DNA of 63,777 nucleotides, filler included, from Octopus bimaculoides (Eukaryota): NCBI RefSeq assembly GCF_001194135.2. It is 6 parts of 5 records of this genome, joined end to end, with 100 filler letters (N's around TTAATTAATTAA, not from the genome) between each part and the next. Parts side by side here need not be neighbours in the genome. Positions count along the whole stretch, not along the records: positions 43,653 to 56,892 come from NC_068981.1; positions 56,993 to 62,401 come from NC_069004.1; positions 62,502 to 63,777 come from NC_068995.1; 3 more parts are not named here. One strand, 5' to 3'. Shown piece by piece: positions 52,229 to 63,777 of this stretch (position 1 is its first letter; each line of letters starts with the position of its first letter). The notes under the pieces were generated by a model. It saw only the letters and a program-made list of their open reading frames with translations, ran no database searches and was not told where the DNA came from. The position numbers and the translations under genes were made by a program.

Positions 52229-52641
52229 TAGACTATCTCCCTCGAGAAGAACATAGGGACACACGAAATAAATGCTGCCTTTGACAAGAAACCTTTCACA
52301 ATCTCCTTTGAATGTGTTGCTTTGGTTATATCCCCTCCAGGGTTTCGCTAAAAATAAAGTAAAAATAAACAATGCTGTTACGAGACAATTAACACCGATA
52401 ATTAATGAGAAGCACGTGCAGGATTTGCCTCTATTCTCTTCTAAAAATTATCTAGCCTGAACAACTGAGGAACATTTTGTCACATGACATACAGAGAAGA
52501 GAGCACGTAACGAAAGGGACAAAATTCAAGCAAAAGTCCGCGGCATATCTGCAGGTTCATTACCGATGAGGTGGCCATATAGAACAACTGAACACTTTAC
52601 TTATAGCATTCAGTACCTGTCTAAGTGCCTACGTGTCTTAG

Positions 52642-52690
<49 letters not shown>

Positions 52691-53554
52691 AAATTATCTA
52701 TCCGTATGTCTGTCTAACAATCTGCGTAGCTTTCTGTTTATCTCCTTTCCTCTCCACCTAAGCGTACAAGGATGGCTGCTCTGCATTGACAAGGGGCAAC
52801 TCCCTGAAACTAGTCTGCAGATGCCAAACCAGCAAGGGGAAACTGCTGACCTCCCCTGCTCGAAGGTTATAAAGGACACAGGTTTCGTGTGTCACATAGC
52901 TAGCTAGAGGCGATGGCTTCTTGGAGCTAATTCACGGCAGCTTTCGTCCTAATTTTGGGACTGCCATGTTGGCTTGGCGATAACTATTAATTTCCAGTAC
53001 CGCTGCCGTAGTCTCCTTTAGAGAGACTTAGAAATATTAATAACTCTATATATATACATATATNNNNNNNNNNNNNNNNNNNNNNNNNNNNNNNNNNNNN
53101 NNNNNNNNNNNNNNNNNNNNNNNNNNNNNNNNNNNNNNNNNNNNNNNNNNNNNNNNNNNNNNNNNNNNNNNNNNNNNNNNNNNNNNNNNNNNNNNNNNNN
53201 NNNNNNNNNNNNNNNNNNNNNNNNNNNNNNNNNNNNNNNNNNNNNNNNNNNNNNNNNNNNNNNNNNNNNNNNNNNNNNNNNNNNNNNNNNNNNNNNNNNN
53301 NNNNNNNNNNNNNNNNNNNNNNNNNNNNNNNNNNNNNNNNNNNNNNNNNNNNNNNNNNNNNNNNNNNNNNNNNNNNNNNNNNNNNNNNNNNNNNNNNNNN
53401 NNNNNNNNNNNNNNNNNNNNNNNNNNNNNNNNNNNNNNNNNNNNNNNNNNNNNNNNNNNNNNNNNNNNNNNNNNNNNNNNNNNNNNNNNNNNNNNNNNNN
53501 NNNNNNNNNNNNNNNNNNNNNNNNNNNNNNNNNNNNNNNNNNNNNNNNNNNNNN

Positions 53555-53594
<40 letters not shown>

Positions 53595-54484
53595 TACATA
53601 CTATTAAGATTCAGAACGGAGGGAGGCAAGGCCATGCTGCTCAAGAGAGGATATATGTACTAGCACTTGGAGTTGAATGTTCTGGAATCGAACACGAATG
53701 CACATAGTTTTGAACCGACCTTCTTATCTACAAGTCCATGCATCCTTGCCAAATTCTAAGTAGATGATATTGTTGCAGTGTATGCAGATAATAAGACCCA
53801 GTTGAATGAAGAAATCTGGTCTTAGCTATTCAGATGTGTACTTTATATTAGAAAGTGCGTCTATACTATTTACGAAGATTAGATTCCAGGATAGGTGAAT
53901 AAAATATCTCTTTGTTACATACTTATATACATACATACATACATACATACATGCATGCATACATACATACATACATACATACACACATACATACATACAT
54001 ACATACATACATGCATATATATATATATATATANNNNNNNNNNAGGTCTGTATAACGTCCTTGGTTTGTAAACATATATACGGTAACGCCCTTTATTATT
54101 ATTGTATATATAACATAATGCAAACGTGTAGCTTTTTGTGCACTTTGCAGAAAATTAAGAAATAACAGTAATAACGTCAGTGAAAAGTAAATCTTAAGTA
54201 AATTGCCCTTACATATTTATCACTATCAGTTACAAGTCCGACATCACAAAATACGTCTGAATATACATTGTCGGGCAGAAAATACAGACTCGGACATCGC
54301 TTAGCTAATATTTCTCATTTTTAACCTCGTATATAGTACGCACTAGGGATTTGACCTTTAAATTTGGGGGAAAAAATGCGATATGAACTAAAATTTATAT
54401 CATTAAAAAATTAGAAAATAATAAATTAAATTGATTAGAACTACCAGTGAAGACACGCTGAACAAAGCCCTGACAGGCAAACAG

Positions 54485-54514
54485 GCAGATAGACAGACAG
54501 ATAGACAGACAGAC

Positions 54515-54584
<70 letters not shown>

Positions 54585-54620
54585 AGTGATAGACAGAGAG
54601 AGACAGAGAGAGAGAGAGAG
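54485..54620. repeat. (GACA)/(GATA)/(GA) compound microsatellite
   Basis: Direct reading. Confidence 0.95.
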
Positions 54621-54785
54621 TTAATAAAACAGACAGACAGAAAAAATTAAAAAAGAAAGTAAAAGGAAAGAAGTAGAATGAGAGAACCCGAGAGAAGTTG
54701 GAATGATTTTGGAAAAGAAAATATCAGAAATGAAATAATGAAGGAAAGAGAAATAATTCTTCAAATTAGAATATGAAATACGTAT

Positions 54786-55227
54786 AGGTTCATGTGGGGC
54801 TGTGTGTTAAGATGTTTGCTTCCCAACCACATGGTTCCGGGTTCAGGCCCACCTTGGGGAAGTGTCTTGGTCAAGTGTCTTAATCATGTGTGTGTGTGCG
54901 TGTTTGTGTGTGTGTGTGTGTGAGAGGTTTGTATATGTATATATACATGTGTGTGTATGTTTCTCTGTGTGTGTGTGTCTGTGAACGTGTACATGCATGC
55001 ATGTATGTCATTTTGTGTATATGTTGTCCCCCACCACTGCATGACAATCGGTGTTGGTGTGTTTACGTCCCCATAACTAGGCGGTTTGGCAAAGTGACCG
55101 ACAGAATAAGTGCCACACCTAAAAATAAGACCTGGGGTTCGATTCGTTCGACTGAAATCCTTGGAGTCAGTGCTACATTATGGCCTCGTTCTTATGATGG
55201 AAACAAGTAAAAGAGAGTAAAAGAGAG
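54786..55227 (+). mobile_element. SINE family A
   Basis: ccaaccacatggttccgggttcagg..(GT)n..aaacaagtaaaagagagtaaaagag. Confidence 0.8.
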
Positions 55228-55311
55228 AAAATCATTGAGATAGTATGGAGCGGGGATAACCTCCGGTTTTTGACCCCGAGCCACAAAATGGAAATAGAAT
55301 TGTGTAATAGT

Positions 55312-55725
55312 CGCAGGAGTGGCTGTGTGGTAAGTAGCTTGCTTACCAACCACATGGTTCCGGGTTCAGTCCCAATGCGTGGCACCTTGGGCAAGTGTCT
55401 TCTACTATAGCCTCATGCTGAACAAAGCCCTGTGAGTGGATTCGGTAGATGGAAACTGAAAGAAGCCCGTCGTATATATGTATATATATATATGTATGTG
55501 TGTGTGTATATGTTTGTGTTTGTGTGTTTGTCCCCCCAGCATCGCTTGACAACCGATGGTGGTGTGTTTGCGTCCCTGTAACCTAGCGGTTCGGCAAAAG
55601 AGAGACTGATTTAATAAGTACTAGGCTTCCAAAGAATAAGTCCTGGGGTCGATTTTCTTGACTAAAGGCGGTGCTCCAGTATGGCCACAGTCAAAATGAC
55701 CGAAACAAGTAAAAGAGTAAAAGAG
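55312..55725 (+). mobile_element. SINE family A, young full-length copy
   Basis: Very close to the 12843-13232 copy along its whole length. Confidence 0.9.
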
Positions 55726-56793
55726 TAGGTGTTAAAACAACATGTACTAAACGAATATGCAAAGAAGAAAAAGTGCCCTGGCGAACGGTAGTAGTTGATG
55801 GGGAGAGACGACACGGAAAATTCACAGGATGAAACTCACAGGATCCGAAAACTCAACGTTAATCCCCGGTCACAAAACTCAAGAGAAAATAGTGTAAAAG
55901 GTGTAAAACAACAAGTAGTAAAAGAATACGGAAAAAAACAACAACAACAACATGCGCGCTGATGAACGGGGGTGGGGAAAGAGGATTTGGAATATAGACA
56001 TCGGGAGTGTTCCGAGTCCTCTCACGACTGTATGTGAGGGATAGAGGAAGCAAATTGGAGGTGAGGAGTTCAGACGTGTTTGTACTCCTAGTGGCAGGTA
56101 TAAGGAGGAATGATGTAGGTGTGTGATAGTCGGAGTGTATGCATGTATATAGATGTATATATATTTATATATATATATATATATATNNNNNNNNNNNNNN
56201 NNNNNNNNNNNNNNNNNNNNNNNNNNNNNNNNNNNNNNNNNNNNNNNNNNNNNNNNNNNNNNNNNNNNNNNNNNNNNNNNNNNNNNNNNNNNNNNNNNNN
56301 NNNNNNNNTATATATATAATCCAAGAAAGTTAAGGGTTGTGAATCCAACCCACTAATGGATAATATCTATCCAATATACTGCCGGAAGGATACCCAATTA
56401 CTATTACACTAGTGTTTTTACCGAGTGCAATAAATGGGTGCGGTTAGAAGGAAGTTTTACCCTTAATTTATATAGCAATAAGGAAATGGAGGGGAATATG
56501 TGGTGTTCATCAACTTTCAGACATTATATTATGTCAAATCGGTCACTGGATGTCCTTTTTAATTTTTATTACTGATATGACATAATATGTCATATGAGTT
56601 AGTATATTGGTTTTATTGTCCTGTCCTCTTGATTGAAAAATAAACAGGTAGATTGACATGATACAATGTCTGCGAGTTCATGAGTATCACATATTCCCCT
56701 ACATTTTCTTATTGCTATATATATGTGTGTGTGTGTGTGTGTGTTCGTAGGTGGGGACAGAGAGAGAGAGAGTGAGTGAGTGAGTGAGTGAGT

Positions 56794-56824
<31 letters not shown>

Positions 56825-56936
56825 AAGGGTGAATTCCCAGTGAATATGAGACAGAATAGGATAGAAGAGCAGAAAAGGTGAACGTAATGAATNNNNNNNN
56901 NNNNNNNNNNNNNNNNNNNNNNNNNNNNNNNNNNNN

Positions 56937-56948
56937 TTAATTAATTAA
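56937..56948. other. Artificial scaffold-join linker
   Basis: N44-TTAATTAATTAA-N44. Confidence 0.95.
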
Positions 56949-57232
56949 NNNNNNNNNNNNNNNNNNNNNNNNNNNNNNNNNNNNNNNNNNNNTATATATA
57001 TATATATATATATATATGTTTGTATGTGCGTGTGTGTGTATTTATACGTATATGCATTCATATATGTGTGTGTGTGCATATATATATGATATTTATATAC
57101 ACACGTATATACAAACATAAGTGTGAATATGTGTTTGTATGATAGGTAGAAAGATAGATAGACAGATAGAATGACAGACAGACAGGCAGGTAGGCAGATA
57201 GATAAACAGCCAGACAGCTAGGCAAACAGACG

Positions 57233-57289
<57 letters not shown>

Positions 57290-57576
57290 CCAAAACAGAT
57301 CGATACGTAGGTTCACAGATACCTCGAACACAAATACGGTAATACATGAGTGCATATTTAATTAGGAGAAATCTTTTAAACTTGAAACTCATCGCTTGAA
57401 GAAGGATATCGATGTTGGCATGTATTTGTCGATGACTAGAATGTCCAGTTGCAGATGTCTGATTTATCCAAACTTTGAACGAAGTAACGTTGTTAGTGGA
57501 CAGGCCCATTCAAGTATGGTTATAAGTAGAAGCTATCTTTAAAAGATAGGGCGGTGGACGCAAATGTTTATACTTA

Positions 57577-57806
57577 CTCTTTATTCTTTTATTCTTTTAC
57601 TTGTTTCAGTCATTTGACTGCGGCCATGTTGGAGAAATGCGCTGAAGGGTTTTTTGGTTTTTTTTTTGGTCGAAGAAATCGACCCCAGGAGATATTCATT
57701 GTAAGCCTAGTACTTATTCTATCGGTCTCTTTTGCCGAACCGCTAGGTTACAGAGACATAAACACACAAACATCGGTTGCCAAGCGAGGGTGGAGTGACA
57801 AACAAA

Positions 57807-57866
<60 letters not shown>

Positions 57867-58013
57867 GACATACGTCGGTCGTCTTTCAATTTCTGTCTAC
57901 CAAATCCACTCACAAGGCTATAGTAGAAGACACTTGCCCAAAGTGCCATGAAGTGGTACTGAACCCAGAGCCATGTGGGTGAGAAGTATGCTTCTTACCA
58001 CACAGCTACGCCT
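57577..58013 (-). mobile_element. SINE family A
   Basis: Reverse complement of family A, with internal (CA)n. Confidence 0.9.
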
Positions 58014-59019
58014 ATTTAAAGTATTACTTCACTTTCCATATAAGGCCATTTTGTATGCGTAAGTGTGTGTGTGTGTGTGTGGCTTCATAGTTAGAGCGTT
58101 CGGCTCATGATCATAAGGAGAAAGGAGAGAGAGAGGAGGAAGAAGGAGAGAATGAGAAAAACATTGAAACCTCTGATGCCAAATATTGGCGTCGAATCAG
58201 TGACGCCAAATAGGCGACGTCAGAACGGCTGTGCCAAAACGTCTCCTACCCATCTCTGGAAATAGCTCGGAAAGAGTCGAAGATCCGCCTGATATTGCAA
58301 AAACGAAAGAAGGGAATCTGGTAAACTCTTTCTCTATTCTCAGATCGAACTCTTCATCCATTCTTTCGTTTGACGAAATGTGTGCGAGCGCGTGTGTGTG
58401 TGAGTGAGAGAGAGAGAGAGAGAGAGAAGAATTAGTGCCGAGCGACAAAGAAACGTTTGCGTTTGTACATACTTGTAGTTATCGTTAGTTATTTTGTTAC
58501 TGAAGACTAATTCAATCTTTTTTCATTTTCTGCCAATAAATTATATTTTTATTCTTCGTAAAGCGTTTCCATTTTACTCTGTGATTAATTTGTATCTCAT
58601 GTTTTTTTCTTGTTTGTTTTCTGTTTTGTCGTTGTTCTATTCAATTGAATATTTTGTAGGCGTTAACCCTCTGCCAACTGGAAGCCATTTTGTTATTTTG
58701 TCTCAGGCTTAAACAAAACACAAAATTTAATGCTTAAAAACAAATCTGAAGGAGACCAATCTTGGGTTTTTTTTATTTTCTGTTTCTTTGTATTGAAGTA
58801 ATATCCAAGAAGATTCCAGAAAATATCTTGGAAGGTATCACTTAAAAAAGAAATGCTTTCCTCACCCATTTCAATTACATTTTTTAAAACAAGAATCAAA
58901 TCAAATCTAATGAATGACAAGCTATATGATGTCACGCTTCTTTTCAACGACAGAAATACTGTGATGATGATAATGATGATGATAATGATGATGATATGAT
59001 GATGATGATGATGATGATG

Positions 59020-59715
59020 CTCAGGCATGCGCTGAAGTTGAGGCATCTCTCTCTGGCTCTACCTGGACGGTGAGCGGGTGTGGTCTCCGTTCGTTGACGA
59101 GATATTTCCCAGGTTCACCTCTTTTGGTGAACTGGATCAGGCGTAGACCAAGGCTGGGAGCTTGGCAAGCAGAATGTCGACAGGCACTCGTGCTTCTCTC
59201 CGAAACGAGCAATGCCAGAGGAGGGGGTACCACCTCGGCGTACTATAGAGGGCTGGTAGAGGGCAAGTGTGATGACGGCTTGGGGGGAGACTCTAGGTTT
59301 TGATGAAAGTCAGCTTGCCAACCTGCATCGAAGGACTTTCGGCCCCGGACCTATGGACAACTTCCAGAAGTCCCTGGCTTCGTTGTGCTTCCGAAGTGCT
59401 TTGCCAGTTCGGGATAAACTCGCGAGGCACGGCCTCACTGTTTCGCCTATGTGCCCACGTTGCGGGCAGAACAACGAAACTTTTCTGCACGCAATCGTAC
59501 AGTGTCCGTGTCTCTCGGACGGTATTGTCACAGCTGGGGAGAGTTCAGCTGTCTGCCGAATCGATGATTAAGGCCGTTCCGCCGTCTTCTCTAAAAGGAG
59601 GAGAGAAATTCTGCTTTCTAGCCGTAATAGCTATAGCGAAAGAAGTGATATGGAAGACGCGTGGAAGAGGTATCGCATCAGGCACCTTCGTTTCCGGGAA
59701 AGCACGCCTCATCTA
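59020..59715 (+). mobile_element. L1/Tx1-type LINE ORF2 C-terminal fragment (zf-RVT region)
   Basis: GC-rich island; FQKSLASLCFRSALPVRDKLARHG..CPRCGQNNETFLHAIVQC (CCHC-type zf-RVT) then IAIAKEVIWKTR; frameshifted. Confidence 0.75.
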
Positions 59716-59769
59716 GTTTTTATGTAAACAACCAAACTTTGTTACCACTTCATCAGATGTCCTTGTGGC

Positions 59770-60722
59770 GTATAACAATCATCATAATCATTATCAAAAG
59801 CAACAGCAAGAACAACAACAGCAGCAGCAACACTATCACCGCTACCACTGACAACACCAGTACCAACATCGCTACCACCAACGTTGCTGTTGTCATTACC
59901 ACCACCACCACCACTATAACAACAGCAACAGTAACAACTACAACAACTACTACTACTGCTGCTGCTGCACTAGGTTTATCACATCTGCCATCAACATACA
60001 CATCAATACAGCTACTATCACCACCACCACAACCATCATCATCTTCGTCATCATCATCATCATCATCCTTATCATCATCACCATAACCATCATCACCACC
60101 ACCATCATAATCGCTACCACATCCACCAACAACAGCAACAACAATAATTACTACAACCGTAACAACTTTATCACTACCACCACCACGATCACCATCACCA
60201 CAACCTCTCCACCGCAACAGCAACAACAACAAGATGAAAAGAAAGACAGCGGAAATTAGACTCCATTTAATTTGATTGTCCAAATTTTCTAGGATTTGAG
60301 GAGAAAAAAAGAAAGTTAAGTGAAATAAAAGAGGATATTTATACAGGGAGGTGTCGGGGGGATGGGGGATGGGGGTGGTCAGTTACGTGGGTGTGCAAGG
60401 ATGGAGAACAACATCACCGTCATCATCATCGTAGTCTCTATCTTCAGCATCATCATGATGACTGTTATCGTCATCATCATCATCAACGTTATCGTCGTCG
60501 CCGTCGTCGTCATCATCATCATCACCATCATATTCTTCTTCATCTTCTTCATCATCAACATCATCATCATCTTCTCCTCGTTCTTCTTCTTTTTCATTCC
60601 TTTTCTTCTTCTTCTTCTTCTTCTTCTTCTTCTTCTTCACCATCATCATCATCATCATCTTTTTCATCATCATCATCATCTTCTTCTTCTTCTCTTCCTC
60701 CTCCTCCTTCTTCTTCTCTTCC

Positions 60723-60753
<31 letters not shown>

Positions 60754-60795
60754 TCTTCTTTTTCTTCTTCTTTTTCTTCTTCTTCGTCGTCGTCC
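59770..60795. repeat. Mixed trinucleotide low-complexity blocks (AAC/ACC/CAT, then CAT/CTT/CCT)
   Basis: Direct reading; two blocks, 59770-60235 and 60405-60795. Confidence 0.9.
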
Positions 60796-61145
60796 CATTC
60801 TCTTCAACCATTCTCCGTCAAATACACCAATAAATATTACATTGGCAAAAGGAAGCTCGTTCTTCGAACTCCACAAAGATCGCATCTGCTTCGCAATCAA
60901 TTCAACAGTCATCATTTCCATCTCCCCCCCTCCCATAAGTCTATCCCACATGGGTTCGATGTTTATGGCGGGAGTTAACCCCCAAACAATACCAGCCAAT
61001 AAATAATATTCAGGGCCGACATTGGAATATAAATGTGGCATAAAACGTATACGACGGGGCAGGGATCAATACCAACGCTGATGGAGTAATTGGACGGTGA
61101 GAGGGAGAAGAAAGAGAGAGGGGGAGGGAGAGACAGCTATATATA

Positions 61146-61291
61146 TTCATTTACACGTTTCAGCCATTTGACTGCGGCCATGCTGGAGCACCGCCCTCAA
61201 GCGTTTTAGTCGAAGAAATCGACCGCAGGACTTATCCTTTGTAAGCCTAGCACTTATTCTAGTGGTCTTTTTTTACTGAACCCCTAAGTAA
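61146..61291 (-). mobile_element. SINE family A, 3' part cut by an N-gap
   Basis: catttgactgcggccatgctggagcaccgcc..gtaagcctagcacttattcta. Confidence 0.8.
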
Positions 61292-61551
61292 NNNNNNNNN
61301 NNNNNNNNNNNNNNNNNNNNNNNNNNNNNNNNNNNNNNNNNNNNNNNNNNNNNNNNNNNNNNNNNNNNNNNNNNNNNNNNNNNNNNNNNNNNNNNNNNNN
61401 NNNNNNNNNNNNNNNNNNNNNNNNNNNNNNNNNNNNNNNNNNNNNNNNNNNNNNNNNNNNNNNNNNNNNNNNNNNNNNNNNNNNNNNNNNNNNNNNNNNN
61501 NNNNNNNNNNNNNNNNNNNNNNNNNNNNNNNNNNNNNNNNNNNNNNNNNNN

Positions 61552-61995
61552 TGATGGTGATGAGGGTGATTGTGATCTCGGCAATGATGGTAGCGTTGGT
61601 GGTGGTGGTGATGATGATGATGATAATGATAACGAGGATGATGGTTACCGAATCTTTTTTCTTCAATATGGCGACGACGACGACGACGACGACGACAGTG
61701 ATCATGACGATGATGGACGTCACGCTTCCGACGATCGTGATGCTCACAATGGATAAAAGCCGTGAAGTTTGAGCTGGCGGTGGCGGTGGGGTGGGGATTG
61801 GGGGGATGATAAGGATAACGAAAGGTATTAACCGGGTGGTGAGGGTGGCGATGATTGATGACATGCTGTTGATGATGATGATGACGATGGTGATGGTGGT
61901 AGTGGCAGTGGTTGTAGTGGCGGTGGTGATGATGATGATGATGATGATAATGACGATGATGATGATAAAGAAGGAGGAGGAGGAGAAGGAAAATA

Positions 61996-62029
<34 letters not shown>

Positions 62030-62190
62030 ATGATGACGATGAGGATGATGATGATGAAGAAGAAGGAGAAAAAGATGATGATGATGGTGGTGGTAGTGGT
62101 GATGATGACGATGATGATGAAGAAGGAGGAGAAGAAGAAGAAAATGACGACGACGACGACGATGATGATGATGACGATGGTGATGATATT
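61552..62190. repeat. (GAT/GGT/GAC/GAA) mixed trinucleotide block
   Basis: Direct reading. Confidence 0.9.
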
Positions 62191-62445
62191 AGATCGACCT
62201 CTTTTTCTGTAGTCTTTTTTGTTTTTTTCTCCTTCCTTCCTTCTCTCTCTCCCAGGATGTAACAATTGTGCCAGAACTGTTCATCTCTCTAACATTGATC
62301 TCTGTCACTTTCAATCAATCACAATAACATTTATTGATTAAGGTCTATACATACAGTTTTTTTCACTCACCACCACCACCACCACCACCACCACCACCAC
62401 CNNNNNNNNNNNNNNNNNNNNNNNNNNNNNNNNNNNNNNNNNNNN

Positions 62446-62457
62446 TTAATTAATTAA
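62446..62457. other. Artificial scaffold-join linker
   Basis: N44-TTAATTAATTAA-N44. Confidence 0.95.
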
Positions 62458-62967
62458 NNNNNNNNNNNNNNNNNNNNNNNNNNNNNNNNNNNNNNNNNNN
62501 NTATATATATCGGTATATATAAATATAAAATATATATGAACGTATGTGTGCGTGCGTGTGTATGAGTGTGTGTTAGTGTGTGTGTGTTAGTGTGTGTGTG
62601 TATTATCTTTATGTGCTTATTTGAGTGTAAGTTGAATAGCTGGTTGGCTGGTTGACTGGCTGGATAGCGGGTTGAATACATGGGCACATAAGACATAAGG
62701 AGTTGAGCTACGTCGTAATGAATTATAACAACTAAAGACGGTGAGGCCGGGGTAGGAATCCGAGCTAACTACCTCAATTAAATTCGACGCCAGAGAACTT
62801 AAAAAACAAAGACAAAAAGATTAACATAAATATACAAATAATTAAAAATTAATGAATAAATAATATAAAGTGACAACGCTTAAACATCGTAAACCATATT
62901 AAATTTCTTAAACATCCGACAATCGAATTTAGAACATACACCGTGTAATGAGTTCACTGGTGCTATA

Positions 62968-63373
62968 TCTTTTATCTTATGCTTGTTACCGTCATTGGAC
63001 TGCAGCCCTGCTGGAGCACTGACTTAAAAGGTTTAGTCAAACAAGTCGAACATAGTACTTAAACTTTTTTAAAGTCTGGTACTTATCGCATTGGTCTAAC
63101 TGCTAAATATACGGGGACGTAAAGAAACTAGCACCGGTTATCAAGCGGTGGTTAGGGACAAACACAGAGACAAACGCGCACACGCACGCACATAAACACA
63201 CACGCACATAAACACACACACGATGGACTTCTTTCAGTTTCCGTTTACCAAATCCATTACAAGGCTTTGGTTGACTCAAGACAATAGTAGAAGACAACTC
63301 AAGGTGCCAGGCAGAAGGCCTGAAACCGAAACCATGCGGTTGGGGAACAAGCTTCTTACCGCACAGCCAGGCC
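62968..63373 (-). mobile_element. SINE family A, diverged
   Basis: gactgcagccctgctggagcac..ttcagtttccgtttaccaaatcc..cttcttaccgcacagcca. Confidence 0.8.
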
Positions 63374-63777
63374 TGTGAACAAATCAAAGACATAGCTCTT
63401 GAAGACTCAGCTAATGTGTATGAGTGCGTGGTGTTTTCTTCAACGCCAATACCGAACTTTAAACAAGTGCCCTACGACAGGAGCCGGACAGGTGCTTTCC
63501 ATAACTCTGGTTGATGGATTTTAACCATCACCTAATTTAACCATCACCTAATTTAACCATTACCAACGTGTAGCTTTTAGAAGGTTTCAATCGAATTAAA
63601 TCAGGAGCAAGAATTCTGACCAGATCGCCTTGTCTCAGAATGACAATTTTTTTTCCTACCTTCCATTCACCTCTCTTAATAAGAACCGCCTGAAACATAT
63701 AATTATGTGCGCGCACGCGAAAATATGGATTTGGCTATACGCAAGTTTATAACTGAATGTGTGTGTGTATATGTATA

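Noticed and set aside
59661-62265. Many 100-214-aa ORFs rich in poly-H/I/L/S/D/K
   Set aside because: They arise in several frames on both strands from trinucleotide repeats that lack stop codons.

Overview
AT-rich, gap-rich animal genomic DNA. The SINE/LINE families and microsatellite load point to a coleoid cephalopod, most likely Octopus; this is recognition from memory, not a database result. Only one intact protein-coding region is supported: an uninterrupted 307-aa ORF (46299-47222, minus) encoding a secreted CAP/CRISP-family protein with EGF-like and ShKT-like Cys-rich modules, similar in layout to molluscan venom-gland CAPs (Conus Mr30/Tex31 type). The rest is mobile-element debris and simple repeats: three tRNA-derived SINE families (more than 20 copies or fragments), a decayed Helitron Rep/helicase, an RTE-clade LINE 3' half, an L1/Tx1-type LINE fragment, and three 3' ends of restriction-like-endonuclease (REL; R4/Dong/NeSL-type) retrotransposons sitting in microsatellites. 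There are also several foldback or long inverted-repeat structures. Five artificial 100-bp scaffold linkers (N44-TTAATTAATTAA-N44) show the window is six joined pieces, so long-range adjacency is not guaranteed. Almost all other ORFs in the track are microsatellite or N-gap translations. I found no evidence for a multi-gene novel system; the most interesting items are the CAP gene's unusual features and the nested or self-targeting retroelement structures.
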